Counted from the first letter of the stretch, positions 10,101-19,251 are shown. The stretch is DNA of 64,000 nucleotides from Bdellovibrionota bacterium (GCA_044347345.1 JBIKUX010000006.1:45218-109217), one strand, 5' to 3'. A program made the numbers and translations. The notes: generated from the sequence alone by a model not told the origin.

Positions 10101-10344
10101 TTATTTCGGCGTGCGGCACTAGGCTAAAAATAGCTTGGGCTAACTCTGCTGCTCTTTGGTCTCCTGAAACCTCTCCGGCAATAATAAATATCTTAGGTCG
10201 GTCACACGCTGAATCTACTGTTTTAGCTAATACAGAATTTTCATCGACAGCTAATCCATCTTTAGCTAAAGGGATTGCGTTATTTGTTACACCTGTCTTT
10301 GATGTTACTGAGTTTGTCATGCTGATATTTGGCATAAATTTCAA
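7111..10344 (-). CDS. lpxB-msbA: fused lipid-A-disaccharide synthase (LpxB, aa ~51-455) / lipid A flippase MsbA-type ABC exporter (aa ~464-1035)
   Basis: LpxB motifs IAGEVSGD, IDFPTFN, IFPFE, YVGHP, PGSRSQE, SGTCNLE. These are followed by an ABC TM domain, Walker A GLSGSGKST, LSGGERQRIAIARA and ILILDEATASLD. Co-oriented with waaA and lpxK. Exact start uncertain (TTG 10344, ATG 10335/10320). Confidence 0.92.
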   Translation of the reverse strand: MKFMPNISMTNSVTSKTGVTNNAIPLAKDGLAVDENSVLAKTVDSACDRPKIFIIAGEVSGDQRAAELAQAIFSLVPHAEIKGMGGRYSKAQGINIVVDSESAGAVMGIIEVIRSGKQLLTAFSTITKTLRTWRPDVIILIDFPTFNLRVAKKARDLKIPVLYYVPPKLWASRPSRVRALDRYVHHVATIFPFEKEFLAKHGFYRTSYVGHPFKDKFPNDVASTRTKISSELRRTLAIPSSDNVVSIFPGSRSQEVTANLPILINGLLEARKRGKPITAVIPIPSHLIAGTYELIRPHLDWCIVWQGDTKTVLFGSDIGILKSGTCNLEAAYAGLPFAMVYAVHPISATIIRKLSPLKQFSIVNILIPNTIRELLQDDFTVSNVADEVDRLLTDNAYRKQIEDNLALIRKQLSSYDERDKSENLLSYLSANETSNESKEDAALRVAKTALKLAATKPPLITENRRLLELLRPHKRRFILAILCMVCYGATDGAVPFIVKFALDKVLTNGQRDVLLIFPIILVSISFFRAFVDFGQQYLQNSVGHRVVEDLRNKLHQKLLLLSPSFFSDKSSGDLLARATADVQLVRTLLTDSTSAILRDIVRIIALTFAAFFLDPFLAFIAVIVFPLGIIPVSSFGKKMRRLSRKGQEAIGSLSSLFSEAIHGNKIVKLFTAEDYEQSRFRQANSSLTRTLIRSEKVRALVGPINEVLASIAIGTIIFYGGTTVISGSRTQGDFIAFLLAVFLMYDPFKKLSRVTGALQQGIAGSHRIFEVLDAQVTIASPENPVSMPKTNCISFENISFSYSRSSSRGALTNVTMSIEEGEKIALVGLSGSGKSTLVDLIPRFIDPTQGRLLLGGIDIRKLSLSELRSRIAMVSQHTFLFQDSIFENIRYGRRDATLEDVENAARLAYAYQFIKQLPLGFFTIIGESGMTLSGGERQRIAIARALISKSPILILDEATASLDNSSEREVQKALEVLEKGRTTLVIAHRLSTIRSANRIFVLKDGVVVEIGTHDELMDKDGEYKRLYELQFSASLVSSSLDGSSSVDNSCKKITNEIDITFPEDAGNHNDNPDQKYS

Positions 10345-10584
10345 ATTGAGTACTATTCCCGCAATAATAGCATTATTAAAACAATTCTACGACCTGTGAC
10401 GAGGATACTTTTTGCTTGTGAATGATCTTTCTTGAAAGAGTAAAAAACCTTATTTTTTTGCAGGTTTTATGCTATTTTAAGGATGGTAATAGGAATGCTA
10501 AGAATGGGTTAAATAGTTTTTTAGCTCACTAAAAAGGGTGTTTAAGTCTGCTCTTAGTTTTTCCTATTTTATAGAGGAGGTAGT

Positions 10585-10863
10585 ATGAAAACTAATTTAC
10601 TCGTTTCCAGTGGTATTGTTCGCGCTACGTTAATAACTAGCATAAGTGTAGCGATGATTGGATGTGCTTCAGTAGGTGAAGTTCGTTCCTTGCGAGATGA
10701 GGTTAGGGGTTTGCGTTCAGCACACTCAGAAATATCTCAGGAAGCTCGCAGAGCTGGTGACGCAGCTGAAAAGGCTGAGTTACAAGCTAAAGAGGCTAAC
10801 GAAAGGTCTGTCCGTACTGAAGAAATGCTCAATCGGAGCTTTCAAAGGAGGATGTATAAGTAA
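10585..10863 (+). CDS. Lpp/OprI-like alanine-zipper outer-membrane lipoprotein
   Basis: RBS GAGGAGG; lipobox MIGC; Ala-rich heptad helix (EARRAGDAAEKAELQAKEANER); ends RSFQRRMYK with terminal Lys. Confidence 0.8.
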   Translation: MKTNLLVSSGIVRATLITSISVAMIGCASVGEVRSLRDEVRGLRSAHSEISQEARRAGDAAEKAELQAKEANERSVRTEEMLNRSFQRRMYK

Positions 10864-11965
10864 CACTAACTGATTCAGGAATGCCGTTAGCGTGGCTGAT
10901 TAGTCTATCGATTTCTTTGCGAGAAGTTGGAGAAAAACCGCGAGATTGTAGAAGTTGATAAATTTTGTTTGTTTTAACCAATTTGTTAAAGGTTAAAGTT
11001 GAACTTTGTACCTGACTTGAACCTGACAGCGTTGAGTCTCGGGGCTGTTCACGTTGAAAATGATGTGATTGATTAACTGGTTGGTGAGTGATGTTGGGAA
11101 AGTTAGAATCGTCCTGTGATAAATCAGGATGAATTTCGACAAATACGGAGTTATGTCGCTCACCAACCTTGATTTGTTCGTCAATAATTGTAACTTTTGT
11201 TCCTAGAGTTACCACAGCGAATAATTGGGCTATATCCTCAGGATACATTCGGATGCAGCCGTGAGTAACTAAAAGACCGATACCCATGGCTTTCTCAAGA
11301 TTAGTTCCGTGAATAAGATAAGTGCTGTTACTTAGTCGTAAAGCAAATTGTCCAAGGGGGTTGTTGGGTGAACCGCCCTTAATGATAGTGGGGAGCGTAT
11401 ATCCGCCGGCAAGTGCTTCACGGTGAAGTGAGGGCGGAGGAATCCAATCTGGATGAACTATCTTTTCGGTTATTATTTTAACCCCCAGCGGTGTCTCCCA
11501 ACCTTCTCTACCGAGGCTAACCGGAAAAGTCATTACATCTGTAGAATCATCACCTTTTGGAAAATAATACAAGCGCATTTCAGCTCTGTTAAGTATTATG
11601 CCGGTGCGTGGTCCAGGGGGTAGAACATACATTTGCGGGATTTTAACCTTAGTTCCGTCACCAGGAAGCCATACCGAAATATTTGGATTAGCCTGTACAA
11701 TCTGTTTAAATCCAAGATCGTATCTGCGAGCTATGACTGGTAATGTATCTTCCTTGGATGCTGTAATAAAAAATTTATTACCAATGACGGATTCCTTAGG
11801 TGAATTTAAGTTAAAAGTTTCAGCAAGGGCAAATTTTTTACTATTATCCGAAATCAAATTAATGCTGATTAATATTGCCAAAACCACTAAACTGACTCGT
11901 AGTATGTGATTAATTAATAATATTACCGTTAGATTACTTAATAGATTCTTCATTAGTTTTTTCAT
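10829..11965 (-). CDS. L,D-transpeptidase (ErfK/YbiS/YcfS-like; LysM-like + YkuD)
   Basis: IARRYDLG..ANP, EMRLYYFP, GREGWETP, PxWxPP, NPLG, YLIHGT, catalytic THGCIRM. Confidence 0.93.
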   Translation of the reverse strand: MKKLMKNLLSNLTVILLINHILRVSLVVLAILISINLISDNSKKFALAETFNLNSPKESVIGNKFFITASKEDTLPVIARRYDLGFKQIVQANPNISVWLPGDGTKVKIPQMYVLPPGPRTGIILNRAEMRLYYFPKGDDSTDVMTFPVSLGREGWETPLGVKIITEKIVHPDWIPPPSLHREALAGGYTLPTIIKGGSPNNPLGQFALRLSNSTYLIHGTNLEKAMGIGLLVTHGCIRMYPEDIAQLFAVVTLGTKVTIIDEQIKVGERHNSVFVEIHPDLSQDDSNFPNITHQPVNQSHHFQREQPRDSTLSGSSQVQSSTLTFNKLVKTNKIYQLLQSRGFSPTSRKEIDRLISHANGIPESVSVTYTSSFESSD

Positions 11966-13214
11966 CTAATGCGGAGGAATACTCGAGCTTTATGTTAAGT
12001 AGTGAGCTATACAAAGAGATAAGTGTCTCTCGAAAAGCTCTTTGAGAGTATTTATTGTCCGCCAAATTTTTTGCAGCTTCGCCAAGAGCTTTGCACCGCA
12101 CTGGATTATTAAGGAGCGAGTTTATTCCCTCAGCAAGTGCATGTGAACTAACTTCGGTCAAAACTGCTGATTGATTGTCGATTATTTGCAAGTGACTTTC
12201 AATAGCTGTGGCTATAATTGGTTTGCCGGCGGCTAGATAAGAATAAAGTTTCATAGGTGTGTTGGTACCGTAGCGTCTTGGAGATACTAAAATATCGGCT
12301 TGAGCTAGGAGATATGGAAGTTCTGGTAAAGGCCGTGGTCCTAAGAGATGAATTTTATTTTGTGCATCTGATGGTAAGGATCTAATTAAATTCTTTGTTC
12401 GTTCTATGTCAGCCAAAGTTCCGCCGATAAGGACTAAATGGGCATTTTCGTTGATGTTTTGCCACGCTTGGACAAGTAAATCAGTGCCTTGGTATGGCTC
12501 AAAATTTCCTACATATAATACAATCATAGAATCGGCAGGAGCCTGAATTAAAGATTGAATATTAGGATGATTGTTATTTTGTGAGTTATTGGACGGAATA
12601 GCAAAATCACGAAGTATAACTACTTTTGGTGTATTAGCCGAATAGGCTACTTTTGCCAATGAATCACATACTGCAATAGTGGCTAGAGAGTCACACATTA
12701 TCTGACTTTCTATTCGCTTGAGTATTTGCTCTCCCGGACCTACCCACCACCACTTAGCGCGCACAAGTTCAGATAAATGCGAGTCCATATCGTAAATGTA
12801 AGGTATTTTAAATAGACGCATGAGTATCCAGCCTATACCCGCTGCTTCCTCAACCCCGTGTACGAGGGTATAGGGAAAATTACTTGCTTTGTTTTGCCGC
12901 ATAAGTTGTACAGCAGCTTTAAGGAGATAGAGGTCAGCAACACATTTTTTTATTGAGACACCTGGTCTCATATTCTTGAGGAAATTGCTCACAACTGAAG
13001 GAGGTTTTATTCGATGAATTATTAATCTTGGATGAAAAATAGGCTCACCCTCTGCTACTGTTAGTATGTCAATGTAAAGTGTTGGAAAGCAGGCTAGTAA
13101 CTCCTCAACAAGTTGCTTTACTGCGATAGGAGTACCGCGCTCAGTATAAAAGGGCTGAGGCGCAATTAGAAGAATCCGTCTTCTGCTGAGGGTATCTTTA
13201 AGGCCATTTATCAT
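11934..13214 (-). CDS. glycosyltransferase family 4
   Basis: APQPFYTERGTP, LYVGNFEPYQG, ADILVSPR, NTPMKLYSYLAAGKPIIAT. ATG 13214 preferred to TTG 13280. Confidence 0.9.
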   Translation of the reverse strand: MINGLKDTLSRRRILLIAPQPFYTERGTPIAVKQLVEELLACFPTLYIDILTVAEGEPIFHPRLIIHRIKPPSVVSNFLKNMRPGVSIKKCVADLYLLKAAVQLMRQNKASNFPYTLVHGVEEAAGIGWILMRLFKIPYIYDMDSHLSELVRAKWWWVGPGEQILKRIESQIMCDSLATIAVCDSLAKVAYSANTPKVVILRDFAIPSNNSQNNNHPNIQSLIQAPADSMIVLYVGNFEPYQGTDLLVQAWQNINENAHLVLIGGTLADIERTKNLIRSLPSDAQNKIHLLGPRPLPELPYLLAQADILVSPRRYGTNTPMKLYSYLAAGKPIIATAIESHLQIIDNQSAVLTEVSSHALAEGINSLLNNPVRCKALGEAAKNLADNKYSQRAFRETLISLYSSLLNIKLEYSSALDEKTNEESIK

Positions 13215-13321
13215 CTGTTTAGTAAGCGACTCTATATACACTGGTTTGGGCAGTATCAGCGAGTATGTTACTGTTAGCAAAGTTTGTCATTGTTTAAGTT
13301 AATTCTTTATGAGGTGATACC

Positions 13322-14074
13322 TTGCTTGAGGCTCCTGATATTCATAGTGGAAGTATTGAGTATGCTTCTCGTTTTTCTGGCTTAGTTGGAGCTTGGATGC
13401 TTGACGTTCAGTGGCACGCTATTAACAAGCTTATTGCTCTAACGGTGCCCCCGCCTGGACCAGTTTTAGATATAGGAGGAGGTCACGGCCAGCTTGCTAT
13501 GCGCTTAGCTAAAGCAGGATATGATGTCACAGTTTTAGTTTCTAACTTTTCAGCATGGGAGAACTTAAGACAAGAAATAAACGGCTTGGAATCAGAAGCT
13601 GATAAGCTGGCCTCTGAGCGGCTAACCATAGTTGAAGGATTAATTCATCGACCCAGCGAACTCTTTTCTCCTGACTCGTATCCTTTAGTTTTAGCCGTAC
13701 GAATATTATCTCATTTAGAGCAATGGGAGACCTTTCTAAAAGAGATGTGTTTGGTGGCAAGAAAACAAGTAGTTTTTGATTATCCGTCGAACATGAGCAT
13801 AAATCTTCTCAAAGAAATGTTATTTACAATGAAAAAAAGAGTTGAGGGTAACACTCGAAGTTTTTTGGTATTTGACGATAATGAAATTGAAAAAGCCATT
13901 AAAAGTTCTAATTACACTATAGCCAAAAAGTATCGGCAGTTTTTTTTGCCTATGGCGCTTCATCGTTTCATTCAAGTGTCTGAAGTAAGTAAAACCCTAG
14001 AAAAAATTGCCCATTCGGTAGGTATTACGCCACTTTTCGGTTCTCCAGTGGTGCTTTCTGCTGTTGCAAGTTAG
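13322..14074 (+). CDS. class I SAM-dependent methyltransferase
   Basis: VLDIGGGHG motif I; RILSH; divergent from the GT4 gene. Confidence 0.85.
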   Translation: MLEAPDIHSGSIEYASRFSGLVGAWMLDVQWHAINKLIALTVPPPGPVLDIGGGHGQLAMRLAKAGYDVTVLVSNFSAWENLRQEINGLESEADKLASERLTIVEGLIHRPSELFSPDSYPLVLAVRILSHLEQWETFLKEMCLVARKQVVFDYPSNMSINLLKEMLFTMKKRVEGNTRSFLVFDDNEIEKAIKSSNYTIAKKYRQFFLPMALHRFIQVSEVSKTLEKIAHSVGITPLFGSPVVLSAVAS

Positions 14075-14110
14075 ACTTATGGTTAAAAACTACGCTGGAG
14101 GTATCAATAT

Positions 14111-14563
14111 ATGAATAAAACTTATGTTTGTCGGCAGTTATTTACAGTCTTTGTTTTCAGTGTAGCCTTAAGTGCTTGTACCGCTAGTCAGAACCCATTT
14201 GTAGCATCTAGTCGCCCGAGTTTGTATCCTAATGAGCACCTTCAAAAAGTGGGAATGCAGCGAGCAAATGCTGATATTGACGAATGTATGGCACTAGCTG
14301 ACCAATATGCAGAGCAGCCTTCTCAGTGGCAAGAGGCATTAAAAAGTTCAGCCAAAGGAGCTGTTGCTGGAACTGCGGTTGGAGCTGTGGGTGGTTCAGT
14401 ATTTAGTAAAGCGGGTAGAGGTGCTGGTGCTGGTGCTGCTGTAGGAGGTATGTTAGGACTCTTAAGTGAATTAAATAATATGGGCAATAGAACTCCTTCT
14501 TATGAAAGATTTACGGAATACTGCTTACAAAAGAAAGGTTATGAAATCACTGGTTGGAGGTAG
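14111..14563 (+). CDS. glycine-zipper lipoprotein
   Basis: Lipobox LSAC; GAVAGTAVGAVGG / GAGAGAAVGG zipper; conserved Cys pair (DECM, YCLQKKGY); RBS GGAGG. Confidence 0.85.
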   Translation: MNKTYVCRQLFTVFVFSVALSACTASQNPFVASSRPSLYPNEHLQKVGMQRANADIDECMALADQYAEQPSQWQEALKSSAKGAVAGTAVGAVGGSVFSKAGRGAGAGAAVGGMLGLLSELNNMGNRTPSYERFTEYCLQKKGYEITGWR

Positions 14564-14578
14564 TTTAATCAGGATAGG

Positions 14579-15667
14579 TTATTTTAAGACAGATAAATCT
14601 AGCAAAATTCCTTGATGGTCAGAACCTTCAATAGGTACCACTGAAAACTCATATTCAATGGTACCTTTCTTAAATCCATGTATAAGTGCGTGATCAATAG
14701 GAAGCATAGATAAAATTGTTAAACCGCTTTTTGTTGTAAATGGCGACCAAGTTGGCTTAAGGCCGTAACCTATTCGAGTATCCTGAAATTGCGAATTATG
14801 AATAAAGCGTTTAAAGGATGGGGTCCAGATTGGAGTGTTAAAGTCACCAATTGCAATGGTGGGCCGGTTTTTAGATTTAACGTAGTTTGCTAAATAATCA
14901 AGATGAAGTTGTCGGTTTTTCCAGCCTGAGTAAGTGATGGGGTTTTTAGTATGAAGCCCTAGAAGATGAATGTTGACTCCGTTCATCGTAAGTAGTGCCT
15001 CTACCATAGGAGGCAAAGTTTTTTCTAAAGTGATTATTCTTGAATAATTTACAAAAATGTTTTCTTCTTTACAAAATAATCCAATACCGTATCCATTTAC
15101 AATGCTTCGACGAGTGACCAGCTTTTTATGCTGAGGTAGAAATTTTTTGATGGCATCAGTCCATTTTTTGTTTAACTCCATAGCAACAAAACAATCGGGA
15201 TTTAATTCAGCTATTTGACCAGTCACCGTGCGATAGGCTGTATTTGGTCTGAGAAGATTAGTAGATAAGAGTCGCAGTGGCTTTGCAATTTTTACGGGCG
15301 TCGTTTCACTCTTTAAACTTGTAAATTTTATTCTACTTAAGGCGTTTGCAGATGTTGGTATGTAAGGGCTAATTTGAATTAAACAAATAACAATTGTTAA
15401 GCAATATAGAAGAACAGATATAGGTGATATTTTTGTACGCCTTTGTGGTAGAACACAGAAAAACATTACGCATAATGACAGAGGAATGAAAAATGGATAA
15501 AAATTAGCTAACAGTTCGCTTAAAAAAGTAATAGGCGTAATTAACGGAAAGAGAGAACTTAAAAATAGGGTCCATGCTGATATTGAGATTAAGTTGGATT
15601 TTCTAAACGAAGCATGAAATGCTAGCTGCTTTGTGAATGATAAAAGTCTTATAATTTTAGTGCTCAA
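14579..15667 (-). CDS. membrane-anchored endonuclease/exonuclease/phosphatase (EEP) family protein
   Basis: N-terminal TMs; STNL, AMEL, IGDFN, PIDH, GSDH motifs. Confidence 0.88.
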   Translation of the reverse strand: MSTKIIRLLSFTKQLAFHASFRKSNLISISAWTLFLSSLFPLITPITFLSELLANFYPFFIPLSLCVMFFCVLPQRRTKISPISVLLYCLTIVICLIQISPYIPTSANALSRIKFTSLKSETTPVKIAKPLRLLSTNLLRPNTAYRTVTGQIAELNPDCFVAMELNKKWTDAIKKFLPQHKKLVTRRSIVNGYGIGLFCKEENIFVNYSRIITLEKTLPPMVEALLTMNGVNIHLLGLHTKNPITYSGWKNRQLHLDYLANYVKSKNRPTIAIGDFNTPIWTPSFKRFIHNSQFQDTRIGYGLKPTWSPFTTKSGLTILSMLPIDHALIHGFKKGTIEYEFSVVPIEGSDHQGILLDLSVLK

Positions 15668-15818
15668 GTTATCTGTACATTATAAACATTAGCCTTCTAA
15701 GTAACCTTTTACAATTACGACTACAATCAAGGCTACAGGTAAAAATGAAACAAAAATCAAAAATAGCTTCAAAAATATATTGTATTGTAGGATTCTTAGT
15801 AAGGTAAATTAAATTGAT

Positions 15819-16526
15819 TTATGGTACTACAGCAATTGTTCCTACAATTGTAGCTGAACCTGGAATTTGGCTCCAAGTCCCATTTGCACTACCCCTTGCA
15901 ATCGCTGTTAGTCTGAATCTGACTGGTGTCGTCATTATGTTACCAGAATCAAGAGTTTGACCGGATTGATCTTCTCCTAAAGCTTCTTGTTCTAATCTCT
16001 CAACTTGAACCCACTGACTTAATCCTTGATTATTTGAAATCAGATAATCAGGAGGAGTATCTGGACGAGCTTGTAATTGTCGGTGTATTGGTTGAGCCAA
16101 AGAAACAGTTGTTGCATAGTCTCCAGCAAACGGTCCGATATTTTTAACTAAACCACCAGAATAGGGGTACATATTTCGATGACAACCTGGACTGTTGATC
16201 TCACAGTGAGGAATGCCGTTTTGATCCTGCGCACTGAGGGGGCTGTAAGCCTGATAGTTTAATGGAGAATCAAGAGTTTGTAACGCATCCCACTGTTTTG
16301 CATTCGAGGCAATTTGAGCTGCTTGGCTATAAAGAGCTCCCTCAGCAGCGGCAAATAATTGCGCAGACTGCTCGTAATTATTTGATGTTTGCAGCATATT
16401 TCTGCCCATGAGGCTGACTACGGCAGCAACCATCACCATAGTAACAAGAAAAAAAAGAGCTACTGGCAGGGCAAACCCGGATTGCTGTGATACTTTCAGG
16501 AGCTTATTATCAGCATCGGTGATCAT
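15819..16526 (-). CDS. type IV minor pilin, PilX-like
   Basis: QSG|FALPVAL hydrophobic helix lacking Glu5; LFAAAEGAL; last gene of the pilin cluster. Confidence 0.75.
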   Translation of the reverse strand: MITDADNKLLKVSQQSGFALPVALFFLVTMVMVAAVVSLMGRNMLQTSNNYEQSAQLFAAAEGALYSQAAQIASNAKQWDALQTLDSPLNYQAYSPLSAQDQNGIPHCEINSPGCHRNMYPYSGGLVKNIGPFAGDYATTVSLAQPIHRQLQARPDTPPDYLISNNQGLSQWVQVERLEQEALGEDQSGQTLDSGNIMTTPVRFRLTAIARGSANGTWSQIPGSATIVGTIAVVP

Positions 16527-17203
16527 ACCGTTTTTCTCCTCATGCCTACACTACTTTGGAAAGGAATCAGACGTGGATTATTTGTTTGATTTTTTACCTC
16601 GATCTGAAACGCTATACTAAGGGCGTTATTTTCTATAGTAAAAACTTTACCGTTGTTAATCTCTGGGGCACGAATTCTAGAGGTCATTAATAGAGCAGAA
16701 TTGAGCGGATCTGTAGCGGGTGTATTGCAGGTTCCATCTGATTGTCTTGATGGTGGATTATTCATAAGAATCTGACCACGGACAAGCTCATTTTTGGCTG
16801 GATTGAAACGGTAACCAACGTACCAAAGTTGTTGGCCTCTACCGGCGCTTTGGCTTACTGAATCGTGGCTGACAAAAAATCTAATATCGTTCCCGTCAGT
16901 GCTGATTTCAACCTGATTAGGACACATTTCAAGAGCTGAATTAATCCCACCAAAGTATGGAGATAGTATCCCAGCCATTCTCACTTCTGCGAGTAATGAG
17001 TGTAAAATGTAACGAGCTTGCATTGATGATTCAGCAGCTTGAGTCTCAAAAGATAGTGTGCTGTAAGCAGAGGATGTTGCACTAGCAATACTTAAGATGG
17101 TGACACCAAGTAAGACTACTGCTACAAGCATCTCCATGAGTGTATAGGCTTGACTATTTTTAACCTTAGAAGAGATACGATGAAGTGGTTTACCTGAAGT
17201 CAT
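16523..17203 (-). CDS. type IV minor pilin, PilW-like
   Basis: QA|YTLMEMLVAV prepilin motif; EVRMAG; 4-bp overlap with next gene. Confidence 0.8.
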   Translation of the reverse strand: MTSGKPLHRISSKVKNSQAYTLMEMLVAVVLLGVTILSIASATSSAYSTLSFETQAAESSMQARYILHSLLAEVRMAGILSPYFGGINSALEMCPNQVEISTDGNDIRFFVSHDSVSQSAGRGQQLWYVGYRFNPAKNELVRGQILMNNPPSRQSDGTCNTPATDPLNSALLMTSRIRAPEINNGKVFTIENNALSIAFQIEVKNQTNNPRLIPFQSSVGMRRKTV

Positions 17204-17214
17204 GCAAATTCCAT

Positions 17215-17688
17215 CTATCTAAAATCAGCTAAAACAGTTGAGAATTGGTAGCTGATGGGAGCATAACCTGCTCCCATCTTATTGCGTACAACCAGATTTA
17301 TCTCTACCCAGTCAGGTAAAATAGCTGACGGAGCACTCATACGAGCTATATATTCAATATTTATTGAGTAGTTTGCTTTTTCAATAGATGTAGCAGAAGT
17401 TGGAGAAAAAATTGTTTGAGTGACAACTTGGTTTTTGGTAATCGCATCACTGCCAAAGATGCTCACGATATTTTGAGCATAAGGTTTGCTTCGCATTGAT
17501 TCAATTAAACCTTGAGCTGCAAACATAGCTTCTGTATTTCTTCGAGAATGAGACGTTGAGTGAATAGATCTTATTAAAAGTCCCCCAAAAGCAATAAGTG
17601 TCATGCTTATGAGCGAGAGCGCAATCATGTTCTCAATAATTGAGATACCTGAGTTTTTGCCTCGAAATTGTTTTTTAAATCTGAACAT
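17215..17688 (-). CDS. type IV minor pilin, PilV-like
   Basis: SG|ISIIENMIAL prepilin motif; AQGLIESMR. Confidence 0.75.
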   Translation of the reverse strand: MFRFKKQFRGKNSGISIIENMIALSLISMTLIAFGGLLIRSIHSTSHSRRNTEAMFAAQGLIESMRSKPYAQNIVSIFGSDAITKNQVVTQTIFSPTSATSIEKANYSINIEYIARMSAPSAILPDWVEINLVVRNKMGAGYAPISYQFSTVLADFR

Positions 17689-17703
17689 ATCTTTTACACT
17701 TGC

Positions 17704-18225
17704 TCACTTAATCCCTTGCTCCATTGACACAGATCCAAATGGATTAACTATCACCGTCTGTTTTATTGTCCCTAGTTGTATTGTTAAAGTAATAGGATTT
17801 AAAATAAGTTCTCCGTTTTGATAGACATGACCCAATCCAGAAAACGTGAACTGTTGAGGCAGTTCTTCCCACTTAATCAGTTTTTTAGTTAATTCTTCCT
17901 TAAAGCTAAATTCGTCGTCGCGAAGCGTTCCTGTGCCAGCTACATCGTAAAAAAAACCGTTCTCTTCAAAAGATACCGTTACTGGTCTATGAGATCTTAT
18001 TGCTTCAAAGCGAGAATGTTGTAACTTCAGTGCTATTGTCCGTCTTATCACGCCTAGACTTTGCCATTTGGTAGTTTCAGAAATACTAGCGTATGCTACA
18101 CCTAAAACTATATTTAAAATTCCTACTGAAATAATGAGCTCTAAAAGAGTAAAACCTCGACAATAGTTTAATTGAGATCTTTTTATCTCAGCCCATTCCT
18201 TCATACTCAAGGTCCACTGTATCAA
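17704..18225 (-). CDS. type IV minor pilin/pseudopilin, FimT/FimU/GspH-like
   Basis: RG|FTLLELII; SRFEAIR..PVTVSF; FTFSGLG; VIVNPFG. True start may be a downstream ATG. Confidence 0.8.
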   Translation of the reverse strand: MIQWTLSMKEWAEIKRSQLNYCRGFTLLELIISVGILNIVLGVAYASISETTKWQSLGVIRRTIALKLQHSRFEAIRSHRPVTVSFEENGFFYDVAGTGTLRDDEFSFKEELTKKLIKWEELPQQFTFSGLGHVYQNGELILNPITLTIQLGTIKQTVIVNPFGSVSMEQGIK

Positions 18226-18492
18226 CTTACATTCTTAGCTCATTTAGTCGGCTTTTTGTAAATAAAACATAAGTGATAATTAGTTTACTGAGAATTATTC
18301 TTATTACGATCATCAGATTTCTAAGATTTTAGTGAGAGCTAATGAAGGCTTAAAAATTTACTAATGAAAAACTAACAAAGTTGGAACTAAATTTTAATAT
18401 TGTGAACTTTTGATAAAAGGCATTGTTTTGGTTTTTTTTTCAGATATACCTTCGCACTAAGATATTCTTTTATTTAATTTTTTATTAATCTG

Positions 18493-19251
18493 ATGAATAA
18501 CTCCGCTGAGTCGTATTTTGGATATGAGTCTACGTTTGTCTCTGGGAAGGGTGGCAGATTCCCTAGGCATTTTAACAATATAGATTCTGTAAATGAACCG
18601 ATAATTGGTGAACAATTCAAGCCAGAGCCAGCGTATTACGAAACAAATAGAGAAAATAATTTTATTGAAGTAGATGATGAAGGCAACTATACGGTTAAAA
18701 ATAGCTCAGTTGTTGATATAAAAGAGATTTTTCCGCTTTCACCATTACTTGTACTTGAAAAGACATGGCATTATCTTTTTTTTGTCATTCTTACCCTTAC
18801 AATTTATGTAGGTCGAAATGGATGGGAAGAATTATTTTATCCGCACCATTGGACTGAGGCTCTTGAGTTGCTGCTAATTAGGGTTAAGCTTTTCATGTGG
18901 ACCGTAGCAGGTTTGTATTGGGAGTGGATTCGTCGTGGTACAGAAATTTATCTGTATGGTTTGCGTCTTGAAATAGCGCAAGGGATTTTCTTTAAAAAGA
19001 GAGCATCGGTGCATCTTTTACCCCATACTACAGTGTATGTGTTGCGACACGGATGGTTTGATCATATTTTTAATACAGCTACCCTTAAAGTTTGTCCGGT
19101 GAATATGCCTGACGAAGACCTTGTAACAATTACATGTTTACCTATAGATAGGGCTCATAGATTGCGGCGTTATTTAACTCAGCAAATAGATAAGCAATTA
19201 AATGTTGATAAAGATCATCCGGTTTTTGTGGAATCTAAAAAAGTGGTATAG
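18493..19251 (+). CDS. membrane protein with possible bacterial PH (bPH_2-like) domain
   Basis: Two TM segments followed by IYLYGLRLEIAQGIFFKK...WFDHIFNTATLKV pattern. Confidence 0.5.
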   Translation: MNNSAESYFGYESTFVSGKGGRFPRHFNNIDSVNEPIIGEQFKPEPAYYETNRENNFIEVDDEGNYTVKNSSVVDIKEIFPLSPLLVLEKTWHYLFFVILTLTIYVGRNGWEELFYPHHWTEALELLLIRVKLFMWTVAGLYWEWIRRGTEIYLYGLRLEIAQGIFFKKRASVHLLPHTTVYVLRHGWFDHIFNTATLKVCPVNMPDEDLVTITCLPIDRAHRLRRYLTQQIDKQLNVDKDHPVFVESKKVV

